From a bacterium (lineage in GTDB: Bacteria; Hinthialibacterota; Hinthialibacteria; Hinthialibacterales; Hinthialibacteraceae), in NCBI GenBank assembly GCA_963663405.2, contig CAXXSM010000105.1, positions 32,001-96,000 on the forward strand: a DNA stretch of 64,000 nt, written 5' to 3'. Positions 39,115 through 52,370 of the stretch are shown here, piece after piece. Position 1 is the first letter of the stretch, and each line of letters begins with the position of its first letter. The notes beneath the pieces are model-generated. The model was not told where the DNA came from and did no database searches. It saw only the letters and a list, made by a program, of their open reading frames with translations. The translations under genes were made by a program, and so were the position numbers.

Positions 39115-40941
39115 ATGAACGAATCTCTCCTAACCTCCAATCTAGATTTTCTCACCCGGTATTTTCCGGCCTTGACCAAGGTCATCCAACGTGGCGCCCT
39201 GCCCTCTTCCACTTGCCAACCCGAAATCGTAGAGGGAAAGCGTGGATTTCCGACAGCGCGGATTGTAATGAATGGAACCGCGCACTATCTCCATTCGCGG
39301 TACGATCCTGTCAGTGAAGCCGAGCGATGGGCGTCGGGGAGCGCGCCGGATGATGGCTCCGTGGCGCTTCTGGTTGGATGGGGGATGGGCTATCACACAA
39401 TCGAGTGGGTAAAACAGCATGGGAGGCGTGTCAAAGCGGTAGTGATTATCGAGCCGGAACCGGCCTTGTTTTTATCCTCCCTCTCGACCATCGATCTGCG
39501 CCAACTGACCGCCGCGCCCCGTGTGGAAATTGTTTTGGGTGAATCGGGGGACGAACTCTATCAGACGTTATTGAAGCAGATGGAGCATATTCTCTGCGCC
39601 GGTCTCTCTACATTCACGCTTCCCTTCATCCGGATTTATCCCACACAGACAATCGATACGATCCGGTCAACCTTACAAACATTAACCGTGACGAAAGAGA
39701 AGATGCTCGATCACATGGCCGGTTTGGGGTACCGCTGTCAAGAGAATATAATCCGCAATATAAACGCGATCTCCGATTGTTTTTTTCCCCGCGATCTGCG
39801 CAATGCGGCGAAAGGAATTCCCGCGATCGTCATCGCGGCGGGCCCTTCGCTGGATCGAAACGTTCATCTGCTGGCGAAGGCGCGTGAAAGAGCGTGGCTC
39901 ATCGCCGCCGATACCAGCCTGCGGGTATTGAAACAACATAGCATTGAGCCGCATATCGTTGTCACGAAAGATCCTACGGAACTAAATCGGGCGCATTTTG
40001 AAGAGTTTAACAATATCCAAACGATCGCCCTTGCGTTCGATCCCCAGGCCGATCCTTCGATCCCCCCACGCTTCACAGGTCCGCGAATTCTATTGCCGAA
40101 CCGTAATAACGCCATTCATCAACACCTAAAAGGATTGGAATTGCAACCGGATGACGCGCTTCCGTTAAGTGTCAACGCTGCAGCCACCGCGTTTAATCTT
40201 GCTGTGGCAATGGGATGCGATCAGATTGTTTTTACTGGATTGGATCTCTGCTTCTCGAATACCGAAGGCCCATCCCACGCGGCGGGTTCCGCGCTTCGAT
40301 CCAAGACTTTTTTTTCCGCCGCGGAGGGGACGCTAACCTATTCGCGGGACGCGATGAGTGATGTGATTGACGTATTTGAAGTGGAAGGGATCGACGGAAA
40401 GCATTATCCCACCTCGGCTACATTCCATGAGGCGCTGCGGCAACTTGAAACATCGATCCAGGACGCTGGTGTCACGTGTATAGACGCGTCGGAAGGGGGC
40501 GCGAAAATCGCCGGGACGGAAATTATTCCACTCGCGCAGGTTCTGGAACAATTGGACACGCCTCCAGTCAATCCAGGAATCCTATTTCAACGATCCCCAC
40601 CCGCGCGCAATCGAAAAGCCATCCTGAGAAGCATTCAAAGCATCGCCGAACATATAGGATATTGTGGGAAAATCTCTCAAACGGCATTGGAAACAAAGCC
40701 CCGTGATTTAAGTATTCCACCAAGATGGATCCAAGCGCAGGAGCAAATTGAAGAAGGCTACCTCCTTTATCATGAATTACAATCCGCTTTGGAGCGCGTA
40801 TTAGTCGAAATCAGCCGTCCCCATTTCTGGGAGGAAGATCCAAAACAACCGGATGCGCTGCGCGAGCGGTATCAATGGTATTTCAGTGAAATTCTCCGCG
40901 CCTGCGAGACATTCGGGATGATATTTAGGGGATTCGGTTGA
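39115..40941 (+). CDS. Maf (motility-associated factor, MAF_flag10/DUF115) family putative glycosyltransferase
   Basis: LHSRYDP..EA, GWGMGYH, IIEPE; AIVIAAGPSLDRN, IAADTS..L....I.P..V...D, GCDQIVFTGLDL, IDASEGGAKI.GT. Confidence 0.88.
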   Translation: MNESLLTSNLDFLTRYFPALTKVIQRGALPSSTCQPEIVEGKRGFPTARIVMNGTAHYLHSRYDPVSEAERWASGSAPDDGSVALLVGWGMGYHTIEWVKQHGRRVKAVVIIEPEPALFLSSLSTIDLRQLTAAPRVEIVLGESGDELYQTLLKQMEHILCAGLSTFTLPFIRIYPTQTIDTIRSTLQTLTVTKEKMLDHMAGLGYRCQENIIRNINAISDCFFPRDLRNAAKGIPAIVIAAGPSLDRNVHLLAKARERAWLIAADTSLRVLKQHSIEPHIVVTKDPTELNRAHFEEFNNIQTIALAFDPQADPSIPPRFTGPRILLPNRNNAIHQHLKGLELQPDDALPLSVNAAATAFNLAVAMGCDQIVFTGLDLCFSNTEGPSHAAGSALRSKTFFSAAEGTLTYSRDAMSDVIDVFEVEGIDGKHYPTSATFHEALRQLETSIQDAGVTCIDASEGGAKIAGTEIIPLAQVLEQLDTPPVNPGILFQRSPPARNRKAILRSIQSIAEHIGYCGKISQTALETKPRDLSIPPRWIQAQEQIEEGYLLYHELQSALERVLVEISRPHFWEEDPKQPDALRERYQWYFSEILRACETFGMIFRGFG

Positions 40942-40983
40942 AGACTGAAGACTGAAGGAGGTTTTTAGGGGATTCGGTTGAAG
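40924..40983. repeat. 20-bp direct repeat spanning the gene end
   Basis: TTTAGGGGATTCGGTTGAAG at 40924-40943 and 40964-40983, separated by a spacer containing GACTGAA repeats. Confidence 0.8.
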
Positions 40984-41188
40984 GATTATTTTTTGGGTTG
41001 CGATCTTTGACATGACGGCCTACTAGAATGGACTCCAATACAAAACATTTTTTTCATGAAATAGCCAAAAAAATAACCAATAAAGCGCTAGGGACGTTGA
41101 CACATTAAGAATAAAAAGTATACGCTATTGGTAGCCGTTCTGTTTTGGGTTTGATGAATGAAAGAATAGGATTTTACGTTTGGATCGA

Positions 41189-41428
41189 ATGTCCAACGAA
41201 ACGCCCCCAAAACCGAAATACGCATGGATCCGAGTCGCCGGTCAATGTTCATTCATTCCGGTTTATTTGGCTCTGTTTCCAATCGCCTTCCGATATATCG
41301 GATTGTGGCTGGATGGGATGTGCGGCACAACGTGGTTGGAAAATGTGTTTTTGTTTCTTGGTTTGATATCAGGAGCGCGGCAGACGTATTTTTTGATTAA
41401 GAATTTAATTGAAGCGCAGGACCAATAA
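41189..41428 (+). CDS. atpZ: AtpZ/AtpI-gene-1 family membrane protein
   Basis: Two TM segments, IGLWLD...GT..W......GL..G pattern, first gene of the atp operon. Confidence 0.75.
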   Translation: MSNETPPKPKYAWIRVAGQCSFIPVYLALFPIAFRYIGLWLDGMCGTTWLENVFLFLGLISGARQTYFLIKNLIEAQDQ

Positions 41429-41430
41429 AC

Positions 41431-41808
41431 GTGGGACCAGAGTGGCTTACACGGATCATTCGCCGGTCCTATCTGGTGACACTCGTTAGCTCGGTTTTTC
41501 TCTGGATGGTATGGGATTGGCCGCATGCGCTTGGCGCTGCGTTTGGCGGATTTTGGTGCGCGGCGAATCTCTGGGCGCTTAAAGGTTTGGTTGAAGGAAT
41601 TTGTCAATACCGAAGCGCATGGCGGGTGTTTTTTTTCGCTCAGATAAAAATACCCGTGTTGTATGGAATGGGATTTTTCGTATTGATAACCGTTCCACTT
41701 TCCGTTGGAGCGGCTATATTTGGATTTAACATTCCATTTATATTGCTTGTTTTTGAAGCAGTGTTCTATCCGTCTCACGCCTCCAATATGGCTAAAAGGA
41801 TACCTTAA
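41431..41808 (+). CDS. atpI: ATP synthase protein I
   Basis: 4-TM hydrophobic protein immediately before atpB. Confidence 0.75.
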   Translation: MGPEWLTRIIRRSYLVTLVSSVFLWMVWDWPHALGAAFGGFWCAANLWALKGLVEGICQYRSAWRVFFFAQIKIPVLYGMGFFVLITVPLSVGAAIFGFNIPFILLVFEAVFYPSHASNMAKRIP

Positions 41809-41863
41809 GTTAGAGTCATTGACTACCAGCGATTAAGGTAGAAGGAAGGATGATAGTATAGTC

Positions 41864-42712
41864 ATGGAAGCAGTCCACGATGCAATCCATGCGGCGACGG
41901 AACATGTGGCTGAGCATGCGGCAGGCGCCGTCTCTCATCCCCCGGAACTTCCCAATTTTATTCATCTTTTACACAACTGGCTTCCCGGTAATTTTGTAAC
42001 GGATACGCTGTTATATTTTATGGACCAGATTTTCGCGTTGCTGGTCATCGGCGTGATCGCGCTTTTCTTCTCCGCCGCTTCGAAGAATTGCTCCATTATC
42101 CCCGGCCGTTTGCAGGCATTGGCGGAGATGCTATTAGAAGGTTTATATGGCATCATCAGCGGGATTTTAGGCGAGAAAGAAGGCCGCCAGTATTTCCCGT
42201 TTTTGGCCTCGCTCTTTATTTTTATTATATGTATGAACTGGTTCGGTTTGATTCCGCTGATGCGGTCTCCGACATCAAACATCTGCGTCACGGCGGGATT
42301 GGCGGTTTGTGTCTTTGGATTCGTCCAATATAGCGCATTCAAGCGCCTGGGTCCCAATGGGTATCTCTATCACCTGCTCGGTGAACCGAAAGACGCGATC
42401 GGCTGGGCGATGACGCCCCTGTTTCTCCCCCTTCATATCTTAGAAGAATTCATCAAGCCTCTCAGCCTCGCCTGCCGTCTCTATGGAAACGTGTTCGGTG
42501 AAGATGTGCTGTTGGGCGTGGGGATGACTTTAGGGGCGGGCTTGATGTTATACATTTGGCCTGGCACATTTTTTGGATTTCCGTTTCACTTCCCCTTTGT
42601 ATTATTGGCGATTTTATTGAGCGCGATTCAGGCGCTGGTGTTTACCCTTCTTGCGACCGTGTATATCTCGATGGTCATTCCCCACGAGCATCACGAAGAA
42701 GGGCATGAATAA
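41864..42712 (+). CDS. atpB: ATP synthase Fo subunit a
   Basis: PGRLQ..E, N.FGLIP..SPT, KPLSLACRLYGN, IQALVF.LL..VYI. Confidence 0.97.
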   Translation: MEAVHDAIHAATEHVAEHAAGAVSHPPELPNFIHLLHNWLPGNFVTDTLLYFMDQIFALLVIGVIALFFSAASKNCSIIPGRLQALAEMLLEGLYGIISGILGEKEGRQYFPFLASLFIFIICMNWFGLIPLMRSPTSNICVTAGLAVCVFGFVQYSAFKRLGPNGYLYHLLGEPKDAIGWAMTPLFLPLHILEEFIKPLSLACRLYGNVFGEDVLLGVGMTLGAGLMLYIWPGTFFGFPFHFPFVLLAILLSAIQALVFTLLATVYISMVIPHEHHEEGHE

Positions 42713-42815
42713 AAATCACTGATTATCGATAAGAATGAATCTCGGTTCAATAACCGGGTGAGAATTGAAAAAATAGATAGACAGCCTGGTTCAGCGCCAG
42801 GCGCGGGAGGAAATA

Positions 42816-43046
42816 ATGGAAGAACAACTCGCAACTTTCCTGACATCGCAGGGAGCCTATCACGTTGGACTCGGTTTGGCCGCTATTGGTTCCGGTTTGG
42901 GGCTGGGGATGGCCGTAAGTAAAGCGATGGAAGCGATGGGACGTCAGCCGGAAGCGGCGCCCCGCATTCAAACCGGTATGATCATCGGCTGCGCGTTTAT
43001 CGAAGCCTTGACGATTTACGCTCTGATTTCCAGTTTTATTCGTTGA
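42816..43046 (+). CDS. atpE: ATP synthase Fo subunit c
   Basis: [37 protein letters not shown]. Confidence 0.97.
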   Translation: MEEQLATFLTSQGAYHVGLGLAAIGSGLGLGMAVSKAMEAMGRQPEAAPRIQTGMIIGCAFIEALTIYALISSFIR

Positions 43047-43110
43047 TAATACCAATAATAGATTGGAATAAAACCACCCCAGAACGACGCCGCTGTAAGG
43101 AGGATCGATC

Positions 43111-43659
43111 GTGAGTTTATCGCAGCTCTACGCCATCAGTGGTTTAGTATTGACCACATCGGAGGGCGGGGAAATGACCGCGCCGTGGTACGTTCAGATT
43201 ACCACGGTGATTTTCTGCTTTTTGCTGGTCTATTGGGTCCTGAAGCGGTACGCTTATGGGCCGATCCTTTCCATTATCGACGAACGGCGCGATAAGATCC
43301 AAGCGGATCTGAAAGAAGCCGCCGATCTGCGCGACAAGGTGGATCAAGACCAAAAGGATTACGAAGAACGGTTGCGCAACATTCAAGAAGAAGCGCGCCA
43401 GGAAATGCAGAAGCTGATCAACGAAGGCAAAGGCATTGCGGATACGATCCGGGAGAAAGCCCGGCAGGACGCTTCCGCCATTCTCGAAAAAGCCGAAAAG
43501 AATATTCAGTTTGAAATGGAAAAAGCGCGCGCCGTTCTGAAGGAAGAGGTCGTCGATATGACGATCCGGGCGACCGAACAGCTCATCAAGGAACGACTCG
43601 ACGATTCCAAGCACAAAGAACTGATCGGAGACTTTTTGTCACGAATTGAAAGGAACTGA
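43111..43659 (+). CDS. atpF: ATP synthase Fo subunit b
   Basis: TM followed by LK.YAYGPI..IIDER..KI and a long coiled coil. Confidence 0.93.
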   Translation: MSLSQLYAISGLVLTTSEGGEMTAPWYVQITTVIFCFLLVYWVLKRYAYGPILSIIDERRDKIQADLKEAADLRDKVDQDQKDYEERLRNIQEEARQEMQKLINEGKGIADTIREKARQDASAILEKAEKNIQFEMEKARAVLKEEVVDMTIRATEQLIKERLDDSKHKELIGDFLSRIERN

Positions 43660-43662
43660 TCG

Positions 43663-44220
43663 GTGACGAGAGATCCATTAGTCGTTCAAAACTATGCGCG
43701 CGCGCTCTTTCATGTGATCCAAAAACAAGGCGCGCCGCTCGAAGAAGCACTGGAGGAAGCCTGTGCGCTCCGGCGGCTGCTGAAGGATCAGCCGAAATTG
43801 TTTATCTTCCTATCCGGTCCTCAATTCCGGGAGGAAGACAAGTCGCAGCTGGTGGAGAAGGTGTTTAAAGGGAATCTGAGCGATGTGTTCTACAAATTCC
43901 TGCAACTGCTCCTCGGGCGCGATCGCATTGAACATCTGATTGACATCCTGGAAGAACTCCGGAAAGTGATCGAAGAAGCGCAGGGATTGACCCTCGGTTC
44001 GGTGACCACAGCGATTCCTCTCAGCGAGGACGATCAGCGGGATTTCCAGGAAAAATTGGAAGCCTTCAGCAAACTCAAATTCGATCTCCGTTTCCGGGTG
44101 GATCCCAATCTGATCGGCGGAGTGAAAGTGAAGTATGGGGATATCTTGATCGATACCACCCTATCCAGTTATTTAAACGATCTCAGGCGCCGGTTGGCCG
44201 AAGTGCGGCTCGCTTCCTAA
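43663..44220 (+). CDS. atpH: ATP synthase F1 subunit delta
   Basis: YARALF, VTTAIPLS, VDPNLIGG..V..GD..ID. Confidence 0.95.
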   Translation: MTRDPLVVQNYARALFHVIQKQGAPLEEALEEACALRRLLKDQPKLFIFLSGPQFREEDKSQLVEKVFKGNLSDVFYKFLQLLLGRDRIEHLIDILEELRKVIEEAQGLTLGSVTTAIPLSEDDQRDFQEKLEAFSKLKFDLRFRVDPNLIGGVKVKYGDILIDTTLSSYLNDLRRRLAEVRLAS

Positions 44221-44257
44221 GCGGGTCCTTCGAAAGTCCAGAGTATGGGGATAAACG

Positions 44258-45784
44258 ATGGCTCTACGACCAGAAGAAATAACCTCGGTTCTTGAAAAAG
44301 AACTCTCCTCATTCGAGACCGATCTGAAGATGGATACGGTCGGCACCATCCTGAGTTTAGGGGATGGAATCGCCACCATCTACGGTCTGGAAGAAGCGAT
44401 GGCGGGCGAACTGCTCGAATTTCCGGGCGGCTTGATGGGTTTAGTGTTGAACTTGGAAGAGAATTCCGTTGGCGCGGCGCTCTTTGGTTCGGACCGGAAC
44501 ATCAAGGAAGGGGATATCGTCAAGCGCACGGGGCGCATCGCATCAGTCCCGGTGGGCGAAGCGATGGTGGGCCGCGTCGTCAATTCGATCGGTGAGCCAG
44601 TTGATGGCAAAGGCCCGATCGTAACCCAGGAATACCGGAATATCGAACACCGCGCCCCCGGCGTTATTGAACGCCAACCCGTTAAAGAACCTCTCATGAC
44701 GGGCTTAAAAGCCATCGATTCCATGATTCCCATCGGGCGTGGCCAGCGGGAATTGATCATTGGCGACCGTGGCACGGGCAAAACCGCCGTTGCGATCGAC
44801 GCTATCCTGAATCAAAAAAACACCGACGTGTTCTGTATCTACGTCGCAATTGGCCAGAAAGCTTCCAGCGTTGCGGCGGTTGTGGATGTCCTCGAAAAGA
44901 ACGGCGCAATGGAATACAGCACGGTCATCTCCGCCACGGCGGAGCAGCCGGCGCCGCTCCAATTTATCGCGCCCTACGCCGGGGCCGCGATGGGCGAGTT
45001 TTTCCTCAACAATGGAAAACACGTTCTCGTCATTTATGACGATCTGTCCAAACACGCGACTTCCTACCGTCAACTCTCGCTTCTTCTGCGGCGTCCACCG
45101 GGCCGGGAAGCGTATCCGGGCGACGTCTTTTACCTGCACAGCCGCCTGCTTGAACGCGCGGTGAAACTGAGTGAAGCGAACGGCGGAGGATCACTCACCG
45201 CCTTGCCTATCATCGAAACCCAAGCCGGGGACGTCTCCGCTTACATTCCCACCAACGTGATCTCGATCACCGACGGTCAGATTTATCTTGAACCGGATCT
45301 GTTCTATGCGGGGATCAAGCCGGCGATTAATGTCGGTCTTTCTGTTTCCCGTGTGGGTGGAAACGCGCAGACGAAGGCGATGAAAGCAGTTGGTGGGCGT
45401 TTGCGTCTCGATCTGGCGCAGTATCGCGAACTCGCCGCGTTCGCCCAGTTCGGTTCGGATCTGGACAAAGCGACCCAGGCCCAGCTGACCCGTGGCGAGA
45501 AGATGACGGAGATTCTAAAACAAGGGCAGTATCAACCCAAAACCTTGGAAGAACAGGTCGTCATCATTTTCGCGGGAACACGTGGATACCTGGATGACAT
45601 GCCGCTAAATCGCATACAAGAATTTGAAGAAAAACTGATCCCGTATTTAAATAAGAACTATCAAGACGTTATTCATGCGATCGAAGATACGAAAGTTCTA
45701 TCCGAAGAAACCACAAAACGGCTGGAAGAAGGCTTAACGAAATTCAAAGAAGCCTTTCTCGCCGATACGCTATCTGCAGAATAA
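44258..45784 (+). CDS. atpA: ATP synthase F1 subunit alpha
   Basis: [40 protein letters not shown]. Confidence 0.99.
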   Translation: MALRPEEITSVLEKELSSFETDLKMDTVGTILSLGDGIATIYGLEEAMAGELLEFPGGLMGLVLNLEENSVGAALFGSDRNIKEGDIVKRTGRIASVPVGEAMVGRVVNSIGEPVDGKGPIVTQEYRNIEHRAPGVIERQPVKEPLMTGLKAIDSMIPIGRGQRELIIGDRGTGKTAVAIDAILNQKNTDVFCIYVAIGQKASSVAAVVDVLEKNGAMEYSTVISATAEQPAPLQFIAPYAGAAMGEFFLNNGKHVLVIYDDLSKHATSYRQLSLLLRRPPGREAYPGDVFYLHSRLLERAVKLSEANGGGSLTALPIIETQAGDVSAYIPTNVISITDGQIYLEPDLFYAGIKPAINVGLSVSRVGGNAQTKAMKAVGGRLRLDLAQYRELAAFAQFGSDLDKATQAQLTRGEKMTEILKQGQYQPKTLEEQVVIIFAGTRGYLDDMPLNRIQEFEEKLIPYLNKNYQDVIHAIEDTKVLSEETTKRLEEGLTKFKEAFLADTLSAE

Positions 45785-45812
45785 AGACTCTTGATTTGAG
45801 CAGGGAATTGTT

Positions 45813-46703
45813 ATGCCTTCTCTCAAGGATTTACGCCGCCGCATCCGGACCGTGGATAACACAAAACTGATCACCCGCGCGATGCGCTCGGTCGCCGCTT
45901 CGAAAAAGAGGCGTACGCAGGAACGGAAAGAACGAGCGGAACCGTATGTGAACCGGCTGCGGGAATTGATCGGCCGGTTGACTGGTGACGCGGCGTTTGA
46001 GGGACAGCCTCTGGCGGAAGAGCGTGAAGTGAAAAAACGCCTGCTCGTTCTGATCTCCGCCGACCGGGGATTGTGCGGCGCGTTCAACGCGACGATCAAC
46101 CGGTATGCGTACGATTATTATAAAACGTTCGCGCCGGGAGAAGCGGACCTGCTGATTTGCGGACGCCGCGTGCGGGATTATTTCCGAAAACGGCAATGTA
46201 CAGCCATTAAAGAATATACTGAATTCGCGGGGAATCTCATAACATCGAGTATCATGGACATCGCAAAGGAGATTTGCCAACTCTTTCTAGACCGTGAATA
46301 TGATGAGATTGAATTTATCCATAACTATTCAGTCTCGGCGATGTCCTATCGGCCCCGGCGGGAAATTCTTTTACCCCTAAAGAAAGAAAACCTCGAACAA
46401 CCGGAGTCAACTCAGGCGAAAACCGGAGTTTTGCACGCGCAGACAGAGTACATCTTCGAACCGGACGCGAAGACTTTATTAGAACGTCTTCTGCCAATGT
46501 ACGTGCAGACACGTGTGCTCTATATTTTCGCCGACGCCTTCTCCGCCGAACATCAAGCGCGGATGATCGCGATGACGGCGGCGAATGATAATTGTGAAGA
46601 ATTGCTTCAAACCTTAACGCTGGAAATGAACAAAGCGCGGCAGTCGATGATTACCAGGGAACTCCTGGACATCGTCGGCGGCTCCGAAGCTTTGTCAGGA
46701 TAA
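45813..46703 (+). CDS. atpG: ATP synthase F1 subunit gamma
   Basis: ITRAM..VAASK, DRGLCGAFN, EHQARM.AM..A.DN, NKARQ..IT.EL.DIVGG. Confidence 0.98.
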   Translation: MPSLKDLRRRIRTVDNTKLITRAMRSVAASKKRRTQERKERAEPYVNRLRELIGRLTGDAAFEGQPLAEEREVKKRLLVLISADRGLCGAFNATINRYAYDYYKTFAPGEADLLICGRRVRDYFRKRQCTAIKEYTEFAGNLITSSIMDIAKEICQLFLDREYDEIEFIHNYSVSAMSYRPRREILLPLKKENLEQPESTQAKTGVLHAQTEYIFEPDAKTLLERLLPMYVQTRVLYIFADAFSAEHQARMIAMTAANDNCEELLQTLTLEMNKARQSMITRELLDIVGGSEALSG

Positions 46704-46771
46704 CGATTCCTTTTCGGATCGTTGAATGATTGAATGAGTAACTCAACGTTTTTACGTTAAACACATAGTGA

Positions 46772-48187
<1,416 letters not shown>

Positions 48188-48200
48188 GGGAGATTGGATT

Positions 48201-48467
48201 ATGGCGGTGACCTATCCCCTCCGAATCGTCACACCGGATGAATCGGTTTATGACGGCGAGATCGAATCTCTTATTCTTCCCGCCGCTCTTGGATCGATGG
48301 GCGTTCTCGCCCATCACGCTCCCTTGCTGACCTATCTGACACAGGGAAAAATGATGATACGGGATGGCGAAGGCAAAACGCGGTACTTTGAAGTCAATGG
48401 GGGCATTCTCGAAATCAGCGAAGGAGGCGCCGCGACGATTCTGGCGGATCAAATCCAGCCGCTTTAA
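48201..48467 (+). CDS. atpC: ATP synthase F1 subunit epsilon (N-terminal beta domain only)
   Basis: IVTPD..YDGE, G.MGVL..HAPL, GG.LEI...ATILAD; stops at 88 aa. Confidence 0.93.
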   Translation: MAVTYPLRIVTPDESVYDGEIESLILPAALGSMGVLAHHAPLLTYLTQGKMMIRDGEGKTRYFEVNGGILEISEGGAATILADQIQPL

Positions 48468-48662
48468 AACGAGATCCTGCGCCGATTCTTACTGAACGAG
48501 TGTATCCAATCCCCTTGGCTTTCAGAATAAGGAATCCTCTAGTTACCCGCGCTTTGCCGCCCAATTCATCGCGGCGCCTCACGACTGAAGACTGTCAAAC
48601 GTATACGAAGGCGCCGCAAGGTATTCGAAGGAATTGAGAAGTCTCTTGTCTTACTGTATTTT

Positions 48663-48724
48663 AATGAAAATGAGTTTCCGGTGGGTCGATCAAGCGTGAC
48701 CCACCCTACATAATTTTATTTGCA
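48663..48724 (-). repeat. GTAG-type REP-like palindrome enclosed by ATGAAAAT-type ends
   Basis: Minus strand reads GTAG-GGTGGGTC-N10-GACCCACC (48680-48709). Preceded on the plus strand by AATGAAAATGAGTT (48663-76), identical to the IR arm at 12483-96. Confidence 0.7.
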
Positions 48725-48792
48725 TTTGCGCGTGTGATCTTGATCATGATGGTTTATATATATGATAACTATTGTATGTAAGGAGAGAATTG

Positions 48793-50034
48793 ATGTACGA
48801 AAAAATAACCGTGCCATCCGATGGTAAAAAGATTGAACTTCAAAATGACAATCTGATCGTACCAGATAATCCTATTATTCCATTTGTAGAAGGAGATGGA
48901 ATCGGGACAGACATTTCACCCGCGATGAAGCGGGTGGTCAACGCCGCCGTGGAAAAAGCGTTCGGCGGCTCCAAAAAAATCGCCTGGATGGAAGTGTACG
49001 CGGGTGAGAAGGCGAATGAACTGTATGGCAGTTATCTCCCCCAAGAAACCTTGGACGCGTTCACAGAATTTCACGTCGCCATCAAAGGCCCGTTGACGAC
49101 GCCTGTCGGTGGCGGATTCCGCTCGTTGAACGTATCAATCCGGCAGCTATTGGATCTCTATGCCTGCGTCCGGCCGGTCCGCTATTTCCGGGGTGTCCCC
49201 AGCCCGGTGAAACGCCCGGATAAACTCAATGTGGTGATCGTTCGTGAAAATACAGAAGACGTATACGCGGGAATCGAATGGCGGCAGGGCACGCCGGAAG
49301 TGAAAAAAGTCATCGATTTCCTCAATCAAGAGATGGGAAAGAAAATCCGGGAGGATTCGGGGATCGGAATTAAGCCTATTAGCGTTTTTGGAAGCAAACG
49401 CTTGATTCGCGCGGCGATCAAATACGCCCAAAAGCGCAAACGGGACTCTGTCACCCTTGTTCACAAGGGCAACATCATGAAATTCACGGAAGGCGCGTTC
49501 CGGGATTGGGGATACGAATTGGGCCGGGATGAATTCGCTGATTTGATCGTCTCGGAAGCGGACTTGTGGGACAACCTCAATGGCAAAATGCCGGAGGGGA
49601 AAATTCTGCTGAAAGACCGGATCGCCGATTCTATCTTCCAGCAAGTGCTCTTGCGCCCGGATGAATATTCCGTGTTGGCCACGCCCAACTTAAACGGAGA
49701 TTATATCTCCGACGCCTGCGCCGCCCAGGTCGGCGGATTGGGATTGGCGCCCGGCGCCAATATCGGTGACACGGTGGCCGTGTTTGAAGCGACGCATGGA
49801 ACAGCGCCCAAGTACGCGGGAATGGATAAAGTCAATCCAGGTTCTTTGATTCTCTCCGCCGTGATGATGCTGGAACACCTGGGCTGGGATGACGCGGCCA
49901 ACTTGGTTATTCATGGTATTGAACAAGCGATCGAGAAAAAACAGGTCACCTACGATCTCGAACGGCAAATGGAAGGCGCGTCTCTCTTGAAATGCTCCGA
50001 ATTTGGCGAAGCGATCGTCGCCAATATGGATTGA
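48793..50034 (+). CDS. icd: NADP-dependent isocitrate dehydrogenase (E. coli-type dimeric)
   Basis: [57 protein letters not shown]. Confidence 0.97.
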   Translation: MYEKITVPSDGKKIELQNDNLIVPDNPIIPFVEGDGIGTDISPAMKRVVNAAVEKAFGGSKKIAWMEVYAGEKANELYGSYLPQETLDAFTEFHVAIKGPLTTPVGGGFRSLNVSIRQLLDLYACVRPVRYFRGVPSPVKRPDKLNVVIVRENTEDVYAGIEWRQGTPEVKKVIDFLNQEMGKKIREDSGIGIKPISVFGSKRLIRAAIKYAQKRKRDSVTLVHKGNIMKFTEGAFRDWGYELGRDEFADLIVSEADLWDNLNGKMPEGKILLKDRIADSIFQQVLLRPDEYSVLATPNLNGDYISDACAAQVGGLGLAPGANIGDTVAVFEATHGTAPKYAGMDKVNPGSLILSAVMMLEHLGWDDAANLVIHGIEQAIEKKQVTYDLERQMEGASLLKCSEFGEAIVANMD

Positions 50035-50118
50035 TTTTCTCTACTGCCGTCAAAACGAAGTTCGTGAAAAGGGATGCGAAATTCGTCTTAATTTTTGAGT
50101 TTAACTTGAAGTAAATGA

Positions 50119-51072
<954 letters not shown>

Positions 51073-51105
51073 ACAGAGATGAAAACACGTTTTTAACGGA
51101 CAGAC

Positions 51106-51140
51106 CGCCCGGCTCAGTCAGGATGGGCCGGGCGTTTTTT
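51106..51140 (+). terminator. Rho-independent terminator after mdh
   Basis: CGCCCGGCTCA...TGGGCCGGGCG followed by T6. Confidence 0.85.
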
Positions 51141-51283
51141 CATTTCACACACAGTCGACATTTTACCGTTTCGTCATATAATGACAAAATAGCCACTATC
51201 GATAATGAGCGATCTGTTTGGCTAACGCACGGCTATTCCAGACGACGCCATTGAAGTGGCTCTGGACTGAAGAGGTACGATGA

Positions 51284-51934
51284 ATGAAGATCAAATATAT
51301 TGGTCATTCGACATTTTTACTTACTAGTGACAATGGCATCCGCATTTTGACCGATCCATACAAACCGGGCGCCTATGGCGGAGGACTCACGTATGGTCCC
51401 ATCACTGATTCCGCGGATATTGTCGTATTAAGCCATGAACATGAAGACCATGCGGATATCGAAAGTCTTCCCAACTCCCCTCTTGTCGTTCGCACCGACG
51501 CGCTCGCGCGTGGGATCGCGTTTGATGTCGTGGAAACCTACCACGATGACGCAGGCGGTGAGAAACGCGGTAAAAACCGGGTGACCTGTTTCGAACTGGA
51601 TGGAATTCGTGTTTGCCATTTGGGCGATCTGGGCCATGTGCTGTCTCCCGAACAGGTGGAAGAGATCGGACAAGTGGATATTCTTCTGCTGCCCGTCGGC
51701 GGCACATTCACAATCGGCCCTGTGGAAGCGGCGGAAGTGATGAGATTAATCAGTCCCAGCATCGTTATCCCCATGCATTTTAAAAGTGAAAAATGTGGTT
51801 TCCCCATTGAACCGGTGGAGACGTTTTTAAAAGAGAAAGAACAGATACGCCGTTCTTCTTCCAGCGAAGTTGTCATTAATAAAGAAGATATAGTGGATAA
51901 ATGTTCGGTTCTTTATTTACCTCCCAGCAATTGA
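51284..51934 (+). CDS. MBL-fold metallo-hydrolase (Lactamase_B_3-like)
   Basis: GHSTF, TDPY, SHEHEDH, HLGDLGH, PVGG..TI, IPMH. Confidence 0.9.
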   Translation: MKIKYIGHSTFLLTSDNGIRILTDPYKPGAYGGGLTYGPITDSADIVVLSHEHEDHADIESLPNSPLVVRTDALARGIAFDVVETYHDDAGGEKRGKNRVTCFELDGIRVCHLGDLGHVLSPEQVEEIGQVDILLLPVGGTFTIGPVEAAEVMRLISPSIVIPMHFKSEKCGFPIEPVETFLKEKEQIRRSSSSEVVINKEDIVDKCSVLYLPPSN

Positions 51935-51947
51935 CTGTCTGTGATGA

Positions 51948-52301
<354 letters not shown>

Positions 52302-52370
52302 AACAGCCTTTAAAGTTGAAATAGTACCGCGACCCCAAAGAATTCGTAAAACTCCGCTCCAGCAGGCGCC

